Shown piece by piece: positions 12,746 to 24,699 of a stretch of DNA of 64,000 nucleotides (position 1 is its first letter; each line of letters opens with the position of its first letter). The DNA is from Mustelus asterias (lineage: Eukaryota): NCBI RefSeq assembly GCF_964213995.1, contig NW_027590123.1:806001-870000 (forward strand), written 5' to 3'. Under the pieces are notes generated by a model. The model was not told where the DNA came from. It was given only the letters and a program-made list of their open reading frames with translations, and searched no databases. The position numbers and the translations under genes were made by a program.

Positions 12746-15700
12746 AGAACATAAGAACATAAGAAATAGGAGCAGGAGTAGGCCATCTAGCCCCTCGAGC
12801 CTGCCCCGCCATTCAATAAGATCATGGCTGATCTGACGTGGATCAGTACCACTTACCCGCCTGATCCCCATAACCCTTAATTCCCTTACCGATCAGGAAT
12901 CCATCCATCCGCGCTTTAAACATATTCAGCGAGGTAGCCTCCACCACCTCAGTGGGCAGAGAATTCCAGAGATTCACCACCCTCTGGGAGAAGAAGTTCC
13001 TCCTCAACTCTGTCTTAAATCGACCCCCCTTTATTTTGAGGCTGTGTCCTCTAGTTTTAACTTCCTTACTAAGTGGAAAGAATCTCTCCGCCTCCACCCT
13101 ATCCAGCCCCCGCATTATCTTATAAGTCTCCATAAGATCCCCCCTCATCCTTCTAAACTCCAACGAGTACAAACCCAATCTCCTCAGCCTCTCCTCATAA
13201 TCCAAACCCCTCATCTCCGGTATCAACCTGGTGAACCTTCTCTGCACTCCCTCCAATGCCAATATATCCTTCCTCATATAAGGGGACCAATACTGCACAC
13301 AGTATTCCAGCTGCGGCCTCACCAATGCCCTGTACAGGTGCATCAAGACATCCCTGCTTTTATATTCTATCCCCTTCGCAATATAGGCCAACGTCCCATT
13401 TGCCTTCTTGATCACCTGTTGTACCTGCAGACTGGGCTTTTGCGTCTCATGCACAAGGACCCCCAGGTCCCTTTGCACGGTAGCATGTTTTAATTTGTTT
13501 CCATTGAGATAGTAATCCCATTTGTTATTATTTCCTCCAAAGTGTATAACCTCGCATTTCTCAACGTTATACTCCATTTGCCATATCCTCGCCCACTCAC
13601 TCAGCCTGTCCAAATCTCTCTGCAGATCTTCTCCGTCCTCCACACGATTCACTTTTCCACTTATCTTTGTGTCGTCTGCAAACTTCGTTACCCTACACTC
13701 CGTCCCCTCCTCCAGATCATCTATATAAATGGTAAACAGTTGCGGCCCGAGTACCGATCCCTGCGGCACGCCACTAGTTACCTTCCTCCAACCGGAAAAA
13801 CACCCATTTATTCCGACTCTTTGCTTCCTGTCGGATAGCCAGTCCCCAATCCACTTTAACACACTACCCCCAACTCCGTGTGCCCTAATCTTCTTCAGCA
13901 GCCTTTTATGGGGCACCTTATCAAACGCCTTTTGGAAATCCAAAAACACCGCATCCACCGGTTCTCCTCCATCAACCGCCCTAGTCACATCTTCATAAAA
14001 ATCCAACATGTTCGTCAAGCACGACTTTCCCCTCATGAATCCATGCTGCGTCTGATTGATCGAACCATTTCTATCCAGATGCCCTGCTATCTCCTCTTTA
14101 ATAATGGATTCCAGCATTTTCCCTACTACAGACGTTAAGCTGACCGGCCTATAGTTACCCGCCTTTTGTCTCCTTCCTTTTTTAAACAGCGGCGTAACAT
14201 TAGCCGCTTTCCAATCAACCGGCACTACCCCAGAATGCAACGAGTTTTGATAAATAATCACTAACGCATCCACTATTACCTCTGACATTTCTTTCAATAC
14301 CCTGGGATGCATTCCATCCGGACCCGGGGACTTGTCCACCTTCAGTCCCATTAGTCTACCCAGCACTGCCTCTCTGGTAACATTAATCGTATTAAGTATT
14401 TCTCCTGCTGCCAACCCTCTATCGTTAATATTTGACAAACTATTTGTGTCCTCCACCGTGAAGACCGACACAAAAAACGTATTTAAAGACTCAGCCATAT
14501 CCTCATTTCCCACTATTAACTCCCCCCTCTCGTCCTCCAAGGGTCCAACATTCACTCTAGCCACTCTATTCCTTTTTATATATTTATAAAAACTTTTACT
14601 ATCATTTTTTATATTAATTGCTAGCCTAGCTTCATAGTCTATCCTTCCTTTCTTTATCGCTTTCTTAGTCTCTCTTTGTTGTTTCTTAAATTTTTCCCAA
14701 TCACTTGTTTCTCCACTATTTTTGGCCACTCTGTACGCAGCTGTTTTTATTTTAATACTCTCCTTTATTTCCTTCGTTATCCACGGCTGGTTCTCCCTTT
14801 TCTTACAATCCTTGTTTTTTGCTGGAATATATTTTTGCTGAGAACTGAAAAGGATCTCCTTAAAAATCCTCCACTGTTCCTCAGCTATCCTACCTGCCAG
14901 CCTGCTCTCCCAGTCTACCTTAGCCAATTCATCCCTCATCCTATCATATTTCCCTCTGTTCAAACAGAGGACACTGGTTTGAGACCAAACTTTCTCCTCT
15001 TCCATCTGAATCAGAAATTCGACCATATTGTGGTCACTAGACCCAAGAGGGTCCTTCACAATAAGATCCTTAATTCTACCTACCTCGTTACACAATACCA
15101 GATCCAAAATAGCTCGTTCCCTTGTCGGTTCCGTAACATGCTGTTCAAGGAAACTATCCCGACAGCATTCTAAGAACTCTTCCTCCATTCCACCCTTACT
15201 GACTTGAGTCTGCCAGTCAATGTGCATGTTGAAGTCCCCCATGATTATTGCCGTTCCGTTTTTACACGCATCCCTTATCTGCTTGTTTATAGCCCTCCCT
15301 ACCTCAACATTATTATTTGGGGGCCTATATACCACACCTACTAGTGTCTTTCTCCCTCTACTATTCCTCATCTCTACCCATAATGATTCCACGTTTTGTT
15401 CCTCAGAGCCTATGTCATCCCTCAGTACTACCCTGATATTATCTCTTATTAATAGCGCGACCCCACCACCTTTTCCTTCCTGTCTATTCTTCCTAAACGC
15501 CTGATACCCCTGGATATTCATCTGTAATGGCCACTAGATCGTACCCACTTGTGCTGATTTGCACCATCAACTCATTCACCTTGTTCCGAATGCTTCGTGC
15601 ATTCAGGCAAAGTGTCCTTATTCCAGCTTTTATCTGGACCCGCTTTGATGAGTCGCGAACACCCTCTCCCTCTACTCCCTTATCTAAATTACCGCCTTCA

Positions 15701-16223
15701 TTCACTTGCACCCTCTCCTCTACCATTAATTTTGTAATTCCCCTTACCCCTGCATCCTCCCCCCCATCAATTAGTTCCTTGATCCTAGTCAACTCTTCTA
15801 GCTCCCCTCCCCCCAACCTATCTAGTTTAAATTCTCCCCAGTAGCCTTAGCCAACCTACCGGCCAGGATATTGGTCCCCGTGTGATTCAAGTTCCACCCG
15901 TTTTTTGTATACAGATCACCCCTGCCGCTAAAGAGGTCCCAATGGTCCAGGAACCTGAATCCCTGCCCCCTGCACCACTCCCTCAGCCACACATTCATCC
16001 TCCACCTCACTCCATTCCTGCCCTCACCTTCCCGTGGCACAGGCAGTAATCCTGAGATTACTACCTTTGCTTTCCTCTTTCTCAGCTGTCTCCCTAATTC
16101 CCTGTACTCCCTTTTCATGACCCCTTCTCCCTTCCTACCCACATCAGCGGTACCAATATGTACCGCTACCTCAGGCTTCTCTCCCTCCCACCTCAGGATT
16201 TCCGGGACGCGACTAGCGACATC
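12746..16223 (-). mobile_element. CR1 element B: partial ORF1 plus near-intact ORF2, (TTCTTATG)n tail
   Basis: 892-aa open APE+RT frame; small frameshifting deletion near 15522 in the endonuclease N-terminus. Confidence 0.95.
12843..15521 (-). CDS. CR1 ORF2 (endonuclease plus reverse transcriptase), N-terminus frameshifted
   Basis: [18 protein letters not shown] and FADD motifs. Confidence 0.9.
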   Translation of the reverse strand: MNIQGYQAFRKNRQEGKGGGVALLIRDNIRVVLRDDIGSEEQNVESLWVEMRNSRGRKTLVGVVYRPPNNNVEVGRAINKQIRDACKNGTAIIMGDFNMHIDWQTQVSKGGMEEEFLECCRDSFLEQHVTEPTRERAILDLVLCNEVGRIKDLIVKDPLGSSDHNMVEFLIQMEEEKVWSQTSVLCLNRGKYDRMRDELAKVDWESRLAGRIAEEQWRIFKEILFSSQQKYIPAKNKDCKKRENQPWITKEIKESIKIKTAAYRVAKNSGETSDWEKFKKQQRETKKAIKKGRIDYEARLAINIKNDSKSFYKYIKRNRVARVNVGPLEDERGELIVGNEDMAESLNTFFVSVFTVEDTNSLSNINDRGLAAGEILNTINVTREAVLGRLMGLKVDKSPGPDGMHPRVLKEMSEVIVDALVIIYQNSLHSGVVPVDWKAANVTPLFKKGRRQKAGNYRPVSLTSVVGKMLESIIKEEIAGHLDRNGSINQTQHGFMRGKSCLTNMLDFYEDVTRAVDGGEPVDAVFLDFQKAFDKVPHKRLLKKIRAHGVGGSVLKWIGDWLSDRKQRVGINGCFSGWRKVTSGVPQGSVLGPQLFTIYIDDLEEGTECRVTKFADDTKISGKVNRVEDGEDLQRDLDRLSEWARIWQMEYNVEKCEVIHFGGNNNKWDYYLNGNKLKHATVQRDLGVLVHETQKPSLQVQQVIKKANGTLAYIAKGIEYKSRDVLMHLYRALVRPQLEYCVQYWSPYMRKDILALEGVQRRFTRLIPEMRGLDYEERLRRLGLYSLEFRRMRGDLMETYKIMRGLDRVEAERFFPLSKEVKTRGHSLKIKGGRFKTELRRNFFSQRVVNLWNSLPTEVVEATSLNMFKARMDGFLIGKGIKGYGDQAGKWY

Positions 16224-17558
16224 CTGGTAGCTTGTTCCAGACACTCACCACCCTCTGTGTGAAAAAATTGCCCCACTGGACACTTTTGTATCTCTCCCCT
16301 TAAACCTATGCCCTCTAGTTTTAGACTCCCCTACCTTTGGGAAAATATATTGACTATCTACCTTGTCTATGCCCCTCATTATTTTATAGACTTCTATAAG
16401 GTCACCCCTCAGCCTCCTACGCTCCAGAGAAAAAAGTCCCAGTCTATTCAGCCTCTCCTTATAACTCAATCCATCAAGTCCCGGTAGCATCCGAGTAAAT
16501 CTTTTCTGCACTCTTTCTAGTTTAATAATATCGTTTCTATAATAGGGTGACCAGAATTGCACACAGTATTCCAAGTGTGGCCTTAGCAATGTCTTGTACA
16601 ACTTCAAAAAGACGTCCCAACTCCTGTATTCAATGTTCTGACCGATGAAACCAAACGTGCCGAATGCCTTCTTCACCACTCTGTCCATCTGTGACTCAAC
16701 TTTCAAGGAGCTATGAACATGTACCCCTCGATCTCTTTGTTCTGTAACTCCCCAATGCCCTACCATTAACTGAGTAAGTCCTGCCCTGGTTCAATCTACC
16801 AAAATGCATCACCTCGCATTTGTCTAAATTAAACTCCATCTGCCATTCGTCAGCCCACTGGCCCAATTGATCAAGATCCCGCTGCAATTGGAGATAACCT
16901 TCCTCACTGTCCACCATGCCAGCAATCTTGGTGTCATCTGCAAACTTACTAACCATGCCCCCTATATTCTCATCCAAATCATTAATATAAATGACAAATA
17001 ACAGTGGGCCCAGCACTGATCCCTGAGGCACACCGCTGGTCACAGGCCTCCAGTTTGAAAAACAACTCTCTCCAACTAACAGAAGCCAATTTTGTATCCA
17101 TTTAGATACCTCAACCTGGATCCTGTGAGATTTAACTTTATGCAACAACCTACCATGCGGTACCTTGTCAAAGGCCTTGCTAAAGTCCATGTAGACAACA
17201 TCAACTGCACTGCCCTCATCTACCTTCTTGGTTACCCCTTCAAAAAACTCAATTAAATTTGTGAAACATGATTTTCCACTCACAAAGGCATGCTGACTGT
17301 CCCTAATCAGTCCTTGCATCTCTAAATGCCTGTAGATCCTGTCTCTCAAAATACCTTCCAATAATTTACCCACCATAGATGTGAGGCTAACTGGCCTGTA
17401 GTTCCCAGGCTTTTCCCTGCAGCCCTTTTTAAACAAAGGCGCAACATTTGCCACCCTCCAATCTTCAGGCACTTCACCTGTGACTATCGATCATTCAAAT
17501 ATTTTGGCTGGGGGACCCGCAATTTCCTCCCTAGCCTCCCACAACATCCTGGAATATA

Positions 17559-20500
17559 GAACATAGAACATAGAACAGTACAGCACAGAACAGGCCCTTC
17601 GGCCCACGACGTTGTGCCGAGCTTTATCTGAAACCAAGATCAAGCTATCCCACTCCCTATCATCCTGGTGTGCTCCATGTGCCTATCCAATAACCGCTTA
17701 AATGTTCCTAAAGTGTCTGACTCCACTATCACTGCAGGCAGTCCATTCCACACCCCAACCACTCTCTGCGTAAAGAACCTACCTCTGATATCCGTCCTGT
17801 ATCTCCCACCACGAACCCTATAGTTATGCCCCCTTGTAATAGCTCCATCCACCCGAGGAAATAGTCTTTGAACGTTCACTCTATCTATCCCCTTCATCAT
17901 TTTATACACCTCTATTAAGTCTCCCCTCAGCCTCCTCCGCTCCAGAGAGAACAGCCCTAGCTCCCTCAACCTTTCCTCATATGACCTACCCTCCAAACCA
18001 GGCAGCATCCTGGTAAATCTCCTCTGAACTCTTTCCAGCGCTTCCACATCCTTCTTATAGTGAGGTGACCAGAACTGCACACAATATTCCAAATGTGGTC
18101 TCACCAAAGTCCTGTACAGTTGCAGCATAACCCCACGGCTCTTAAACTCCAACCCCCTGTTAATAAAAGCTAACACACTATAGGCCTTCTTCACAGCTCT
18201 ATCCACTTGAGTGGCAACCTTTAGAGATCTGTGGATATGGACCCCAAGATCTCTCTGTTCCTCCACAGTCTTCAGAACCCTACTTTTGACCCTGTAATCC
18301 ACATTTAAATTAGTCCTACCAAAATGAATCACCTCACATTTATCAGGGTTAAACTCCATTTGCCATTTTTCAGCCCAGCTTTGCATCCTATCTATGTCTC
18401 TTTGCAGCCTACAACAGCCCTCCACCTCATCCACTACTCCACCAATCTTGGTGTCATCAGCAAATTTACTGATCCACCCTTCAGCCCCCTCCTCTAAGTC
18501 ATTAATAAAAATCACAAAGAGCAGAGGACCAAGCACTGATCCCTGCGGCACACCGCTAGCAACCTGCCTCCAATCCGAAAATTTTCCATCGACCACCACC
18601 CTCTGTCTTCGGTCAGACAGCCAGTTACCTATCCAATCGGCCAACTTTCCCTCTATCCCACACCTCCTCACTTTCATCATAAGCCGACCATGGGGGACCT
18701 TATCAAACGCCTTACTAAAATCCATGTATATGACATCAACTGCCCTACCTTCATCAACACACTTAGTTACCTCCTCAAAAAATTCTATCAAATTTGTGAG
18801 GCACGACTTGCCCTTCACGAATCCGTGCTGACTATCTCGGATTAATCCGCATCTTTCTAAATGGTCGTAAATCCCATCCCTAAGGACCCTTTCCATCAAT
18901 TTACCAACCACCGAAGTAAGACTAACCGGCCTATAATTACCAGGGTCATTTCTATTCCCTTTCTTAAACAGAGGAACAACATTCGCCATTCTCCAGTCCT
19001 CTGGCACCATCCCCGTGGACAGCGAGGACCCAAAGATCAACGCCAAAGGCTCTGCAATCTCATCCCTTGCCTCCCACAGAATACTAGGATACATTTAATC
19101 AGGCACAGGGGACTTATCGACCTTCAGTTTATTCAAAACTGCCAAGACATCCTCCCTCCGAACATCTATTTCCTCCAGCCTATTAGCCTGTAACACCTTC
19201 TCTTCCTCAAAAACATGGCCCCTCTCCTTGGTGAACACTGAAGAAAAGTATTCATTCATCACCTCGCCTATCTCTACTGCCTCCATACACAAGTTCCCAC
19301 TACTGTCCTTGACCGGCCCTAACCTCACCCTGGTCATTCTTTTATTCCTCACATAAGAGTAAAAAGCCTTGGGGTTTTCCTTGATCCGACCCGCCAAGGA
19401 CTTCTCATGTCCCCTCCTAGCTCTCCAAAGCCCCTTTTTCAGCTCATTCCTTGCTAACTTGTAACCCTCAATCGAGCCATCTGAACCTTGTTTCCTCATC
19501 CCTACATAAGCTTCCCTCTTCCTTTTCACAAGACATTCCACCTCTTTCGTGAACCATGGTTCCCTCACTCGGCCATTTCCTCCCTGCCTGACAGGAACAT
19601 ACCTATCAAGGACATCCAGTATTTGTTCCTTGAAAAAGTTCCACTTTTCATTAGTTCCTTTCTCTGACAGTTTCTGTTCCCAACTTATGCTCCCTAATTC
19701 TTGCCTAATCGCATCATAATTACCCCTCCCCCAATTGTAAACCTTGCCCTGCCGTACGGCCCTATCCCTCTCCATTGCAATAACAAAAGACACCGAATTG
19801 TGGTCACTATCTCCAAATTGCTCTTCCACAACCAAATCTAACACTTGGCCCGGTTCATTTCCCAGTACCAAATCCAATGTGGCCTCACCTCCAGTCGGCC
19901 CATCCACATATTGTGTCAGGAAACCCTCCCGCACACACTGCACAAAAACTGCCCCATCCAAACTATTTGACCTACAAAGGTTCCAATCAATATTTGGAAA
20001 GTTAAAGTCCCCCATGACAACTACCCTGTGACCCCCACACATATCCATAATCTGCTTAGCAATTTCTTCCTCCACATCTCTATTACTATTTGGGGGCCTA
20101 TAGTAAACTCCTAGCAACGTGACCGCTCCTTTCCTATTTCTAACTTCAGCCCATATTACCTCAGTGTGCAGATCCCCCACGAAGTGCCTTTCCGCAGCCG
20201 TTAAACAATCCTTGATTAACAATGCCACTCCTCCACCTCTTTTACCAGCTTCCCTACACTTAGTGAAACATCTATACCCCGGAACGTCCAACAACCATTC
20301 CTGTCCTTGTTCTACCCACGTCTCCGTAATGGCCACAACATCGTAGTCCCAAGTACCAATCCACGCCCCAAGTTCATCTACCTTGTTCCGGATGCTCCTT
20401 GCATTGAAGTAGACACACTTCAACCCACCTTCCTGTCTACCAGTACCCACCCTTGACCCTGATACCTTCCCCAATACCTCACCACCCTCACTGATTTCTG

Positions 20501-21593
20501 GACTACAACTCCCTTTCCCACTCCCCTGACAAATTAGTTTAAACCCCCCTGAAGAGCCGTAACAAATTTCCCTCCGAGGATATTGGTGCCCCTCTGGTTC
20601 AGGTGCACCCCGTCCTGTTTGTACAGGTCCCACCTTCCCCAGAACGTGTTCCAATTATCCACGTATCTGAAACCCTCCCTCCTACACCATCCCTGCAACC
20701 ACATATTTAACTGCACTCTCTCCCTGTTCCTCAACTCGCTATCACGTGGTACCGGCAACGTACCAGAGATGACCACATGTTTCGTCTTGGCTCTCAGCTT
20801 CCAGCCCAGCTCCAGAAATTCCTGCTTTAAATCCCCGTCCCTTCTCTTACCTATGTCATTGGTACCAATGTGCACCACGACTTGTGACTGTTTCCCCTCC
20901 CCCTTCAGAATCTGGAAAACACGGTCTGAGACATCACGGACCTTGGCATCCGGTAGGCAACATACCATCCGTGAGTCTCTTTTGCTGCCACAGAACCTCC
21001 TATCTATCCCTCTAACTAACGAGTCCCCAATAACTATCGCCCTCCCGCTCTCCCCCTTTCCCTCCCGAGCCACAGAGACGGACACAGTGCTGGAGATCCT
21101 CTCACTGCGGCTCCCCACTGGTATGTCATCCCCCTCAACCGTATCCAAAGCGGAATACTTGTTGCTAAGGGGAACGACCACCGGGGATCCCTGCACGGAC
21201 TGCTTCCTCCCAGCCCCTCTCACCGTCACCCATCTGCTTTCAATCCTCGGAGTAACTGTATTCCTAAAGCTTGTGTCTATGGCCATCTCTGCGTCCCTGA
21301 TGATCCTAAGTTCATCCAACTCCAGCTCCAGTTCCCTAACACGGTTTTGGAGGAGCTGCAGATGGGTGCACTTCCCACAGGTGTAATCAGCAGGGACACT
21401 GTCGTCGTCCCTCACCTCAAACATAGTGCAAGAGGAACATTGCACTGCCTGCACACCCATCCCCTCTAGATACCTTGCCAGTACCAGGTAGAAAGTGCAA
21501 AAATGAATTCAACTCACCCCTGCTCGCCCTTTCAGCCTAAAACCTGTGAGCCAAAGTCTTATAGCTCACACTCTGCTTCCCACACACTCCACT
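17559..21593 (-). mobile_element. Near-full-length CR1 element C with GAATATA TSD
   Basis: ORF1 20534-21460; ORF2 with one premature TAA at 19095-19097; (TTCTATG)n tail; TSD at 17552-17558 and 21594-21600. Confidence 0.95.
20534..21460 (-). CDS. CR1 ORF1 (Cys finger, coiled coil, SGNH esterase-like domain)
   Basis: CxxC..CxxC, leucine heptads, IGDS / HIGTND / DGVHL motifs. Confidence 0.9.
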   Translation of the reverse strand: MGVQAVQCSSCTMFEVRDDDSVPADYTCGKCTHLQLLQNRVRELELELDELRIIRDAEMAIDTSFRNTVTPRIESRWVTVRGAGRKQSVQGSPVVVPLSNKYSALDTVEGDDIPVGSRSERISSTVSVSVAREGKGESGRAIVIGDSLVRGIDRRFCGSKRDSRMVCCLPDAKVRDVSDRVFQILKGEGKQSQVVVHIGTNDIGKRRDGDLKQEFLELGWKLRAKTKHVVISGTLPVPRDSELRNRERVQLNMWLQGWCRREGFRYVDNWNTFWGRWDLYKQDGVHLNQRGTNILGGKFVTALQGGLN

Positions 21594-22465
21594 GAATATA
21601 CCTCATCAGGTCCCGCAGATTTATCTACCTGAGACCCAGTGATTTCAGAAATAACTACATTGATTGTATTTTACTTTTAATCACAGCCAGGACTGAATCA
21701 TATTCTTTGGGGTCTGTTTCTACTGCTGATGATAAACTCCAGGCCAGTTGTATGTTTTTAATCTTCTGGTTAAAAGTTAAATAAATCAGCTTTATGTTAA
21801 GCAGAGTGACAATCTTCTTGATATGTCTAGTATGTTAGGAATTTTTGAGGTGCTCTGCCCATTCCCTCTTTCCTGCATCCACACTTCCAATAACAAGTGT
21901 AAGCAGCTCATAGAGCTTCTTTAAGATCGAGAGCATCCAACGAACGACGTCTACTACCTTCAATAGCCCACCAGAAAAAAATTGCCTCTAAAGTTCCTTG
22001 TTATCTGGGCCCTGAACCTGCATCTTCCTCTGGATTCTCTCGCTATTTAATTGGGACCATCAATGATGGTGTTTTTACCCAGCATTCCCCATGGTTGAGA
22101 GTATCCCCTTTCCACGGCTCAGGAGAGCAGTGGGCAGGCCTGGTTCTGCCCTGTGTTTGGAGCATCCGCAGTGTCAGCCATGACTATGAACAGACATTTC
22201 TCTCTCGGATCCACGATGGGTAAAAGAGGGGATGGCGGGAGCAATGGATCTGGTGGGTGGCCGGAGATTCTCTGGAAACATATTGTGTAAACCTCAAACC
22301 CCAAATGAGACACAAGGGGAATTATCCCAGTGGCAAAGCTGGAGCAGGAGGAGAGAATGTTGTGAATTTCTATCCTGGATGGATTTTGGAAACTCCTTTT
22401 ACTGGGGGTTAGAAGGGGAGGATTTACATGCAGCAATCTCAAACTAAAGAAAGGTTCATCTCTCC

Positions 22466-22700
22466 AGGGTGGCAGAGTGGTTAGCACTGCTGCCTCACTG
22501 TCTGTGTGGAGTTTGCACATTCCCCCTGTAACTGCACAGGCTTTCTCCAGATGCTCTGGCCTCCTCCCACTGTCAAAAGATGTCTAGGTAAATGTGTGGG
22601 GTTGCTGGGGGTGTGCGTGTGTAAGATGCTCCTTTGCAGAGTCAGTGCAGACTCGATGGGATGAATGGCCTCCTTCTACACTACAGGGATTCTATGATTC
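22466..22700 (+). mobile_element. HE1-type SINE, degraded
   Basis: GTGGTTAGCACTGCTGCCTCAC..TGTGTGGAGTTTGCAC core. Confidence 0.75.
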
Positions 22701-22842
22701 TTCTGATACAGACCTTCAAATGGGATGGACAGGTAGATGTGGACAGAACGTTTCCACTGTGACATGAATACACAGTGACATCCAATCCAACCACTTACAC
22801 ACAGACACTAAATTAAGGACCAGTTAAATTCAGACACTAAAT

Positions 22843-23020
22843 CCAGAGACCATTTACACTGAGACACCAAATCCAGGGACCACCTACACCGTGACACCAA
22901 ATCCAGGGACCACCTACACCGTGACACCAAATCCAGGGACCATCTACACCGTGACACCAAATCCAGGGACCACCTACACCATGACACCAAACGCACGGAC
23001 CATTTACACCGTGATGCCAA
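22843..23020. repeat. 30-bp minisatellite, about 6 copies
   Basis: ACACCGTGACACCAAATCCAGGGACCACCT tandem units. Confidence 0.9.
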
Positions 23021-23119
23021 ACCACAACCTTCAGCAACTCAAAGGATGCAGGAAAACTATCACCTCCAAATATCGCTTCTAATCTGAGACAACTGAGGCA
23101 ACCTGTAACTTCCTGCATT

Positions 23120-23310
23120 TAAGAGGCAATTTAACGTGGCCAATCCACCTAATCTGCACAGCGTTGGGGTGTGGGAGGAAACCGGAGTACCCGAAGGAAC
23201 CTCATGTACTCACAGGGAGAACGTGCAAACTCCACACAGTCACCCAAACCTGGAATTGAAGCCAGGTCCCTGGTGTTGTAAGACGCCAGTGCTTACCACG
23301 GTGCCACCTT
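23120..23310 (-). mobile_element. HE1-type SINE fragment
   Basis: TGGGAGGAAACCGGAGTACCCG..GCAAACTCCACACAG core. Confidence 0.7.
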
Positions 23311-24169
23311 GTGTCACTGTACTGTGTTGCTAGGAAATAAGTTTTAGGATTTTGGCCGAGTGATTGTGAAGGCAGAGCAGTAAACTACCAAGTCAGAATA
23401 GTGTGTGATTCTGAAGAGTAAATGCAGGTAGTGGGGTTTCCATGCACAAACTGTCCTTATCCATGTTGGAGAAGAGGTGTGCAGTTTTGGAAGCTGCTGT
23501 CAAAGGAGGTTTAGCCAGTTGCTGGTAATTCTAGTAATGTCCATGTTCCAGTTATTAATTTGAAAAATTTCTAAATGAAAATTTAATGAAAATCCCTTTT
23601 CCTTACTTGAAACACAGTTTTAAATGGTCCGTTTGTTTCTAGACTCGGTTCCATGAGCAATGCCTTCAACTAAACAAAATCAAAACACTGCAACTGCTGG
23701 AAATCTGAAATGAAAAGAAAAAACGTTGTAAATACTCATCAGGTTAGACAGCATCTATGGAGACAGAAACAGAGTCAATGTTTGCAGTCACTGACGCTTC
23801 TCTAATAAAACACATACCAATAGCTGCTGTTTAATGGGGCCATGGATCCCACAATCCCCTGTGCCCCAGAAACCGCTCTATCCATCACACACATTTCCCA
23901 TTATGACACTTCTGTGTCAAGAGGGCGAGCTGTTTAAAAGTCGTCGAGTTCCACTTTTGCGTGTTGATGTTCATTAAAGATACAGATCGACTTCCCTCTC
24001 ATTATGTATCAATTTCAGATACTTTGGTCGAGAATTTTCATTCTCCAATTTTCTGGTGGATAATGGATGCCTTGAGTACTTAGATTACAGTATAATTTGA
24101 TTCCTAATGTTATTGACTTCAACCCTATCCCTAATTTTCACATCGCAGCAAAAACACTTACTGTTCATA

Positions 24170-24670
24170 AATGAGGAGTTTCGATGGCGTGCGCTTTACC
24201 CACCATTCTTCGCGGTGGGGAATGTCCCCTATCCTCAGCACGGGAGGGTTGTGCATGCGCAGTGAAGCAGTGTTTGGCGCATGCGCAGCATGGATGATGG
24301 CAATGGGGAGAGACATTCCTCTGTCTCATCAGCAACCGGTAAGGATGCGGACACATGGAGGGAGGATTGGAACCGGCAGATGGACGGAGAGGGTTTCTAA
24401 ATATCCGGTGAAGGTCTCAAACCTCGAATAGTAATCCGCAGGTCCTGTGTTTGCAGTTTTGGGTCTTTTTCCCGGGACAAGACTCAGGTTAACAGCCGCC
24501 ATCTTGATTCAGCAGGGAGCGGAGCGCATGCGCTGGGATCTTGGTGACGCAACAGTGAGTGGGTGGGGCTTCAGCGTTTTCTGCTCCCAACTGGGTCCTA
24601 GTGCCCGGACGCAGAGCAAACCGAGCAACAGGTTTTAAACAGCTTCACCCACTCCCAGGCTGCAGCTAAT
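24170..24670. promoter_or_regulatory. CpG-island promoter, likely for ZNF-4
   Basis: GCGCATGCGC (NRF1-type) at ~24278 and ~24524; GCCGCCATCTTG (YY1-type) at ~24495. Confidence 0.7.
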
Positions 24671-24699
24671 GTTTGCAGCCTTGAGGAATCCATGGGCCA

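Larger units (their letters stand above)
12556..21628 (-). mobile_element. Host CR1 (element A) in three pieces: 12556-12745, ~16224-17558, 21601-21628
   Basis: Frame VDKSAGPDEVY|SRMLWEAREE is continuous across insertion C; 3' UTR is continuous across B; CTGAG at 12551-12555 and 21629-21633. Confidence 0.85.
10158..21665 (+). pseudogene. C2H2 zinc-finger exon ZNF-3 (fingers at 11580-12555), split by CR1 insertions
   Basis: Exon start 10158-10201, resumes 11578, resumes again ~21634; in-frame stops (e.g. TGA 12107) and degenerate fingers. Confidence 0.8.

Noticed and set aside
13044-21386. Many plus-strand ORFs over CR1 elements (and minus-strand ORFs at 31275-35239)
   Set aside because: They are antisense shadows of CR1 ORF1/ORF2 with no independent domain signal.
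22843-23020. CRISPR-like periodicity
   Set aside because: Contiguous units without unique spacers, in vertebrate DNA with no cas genes.
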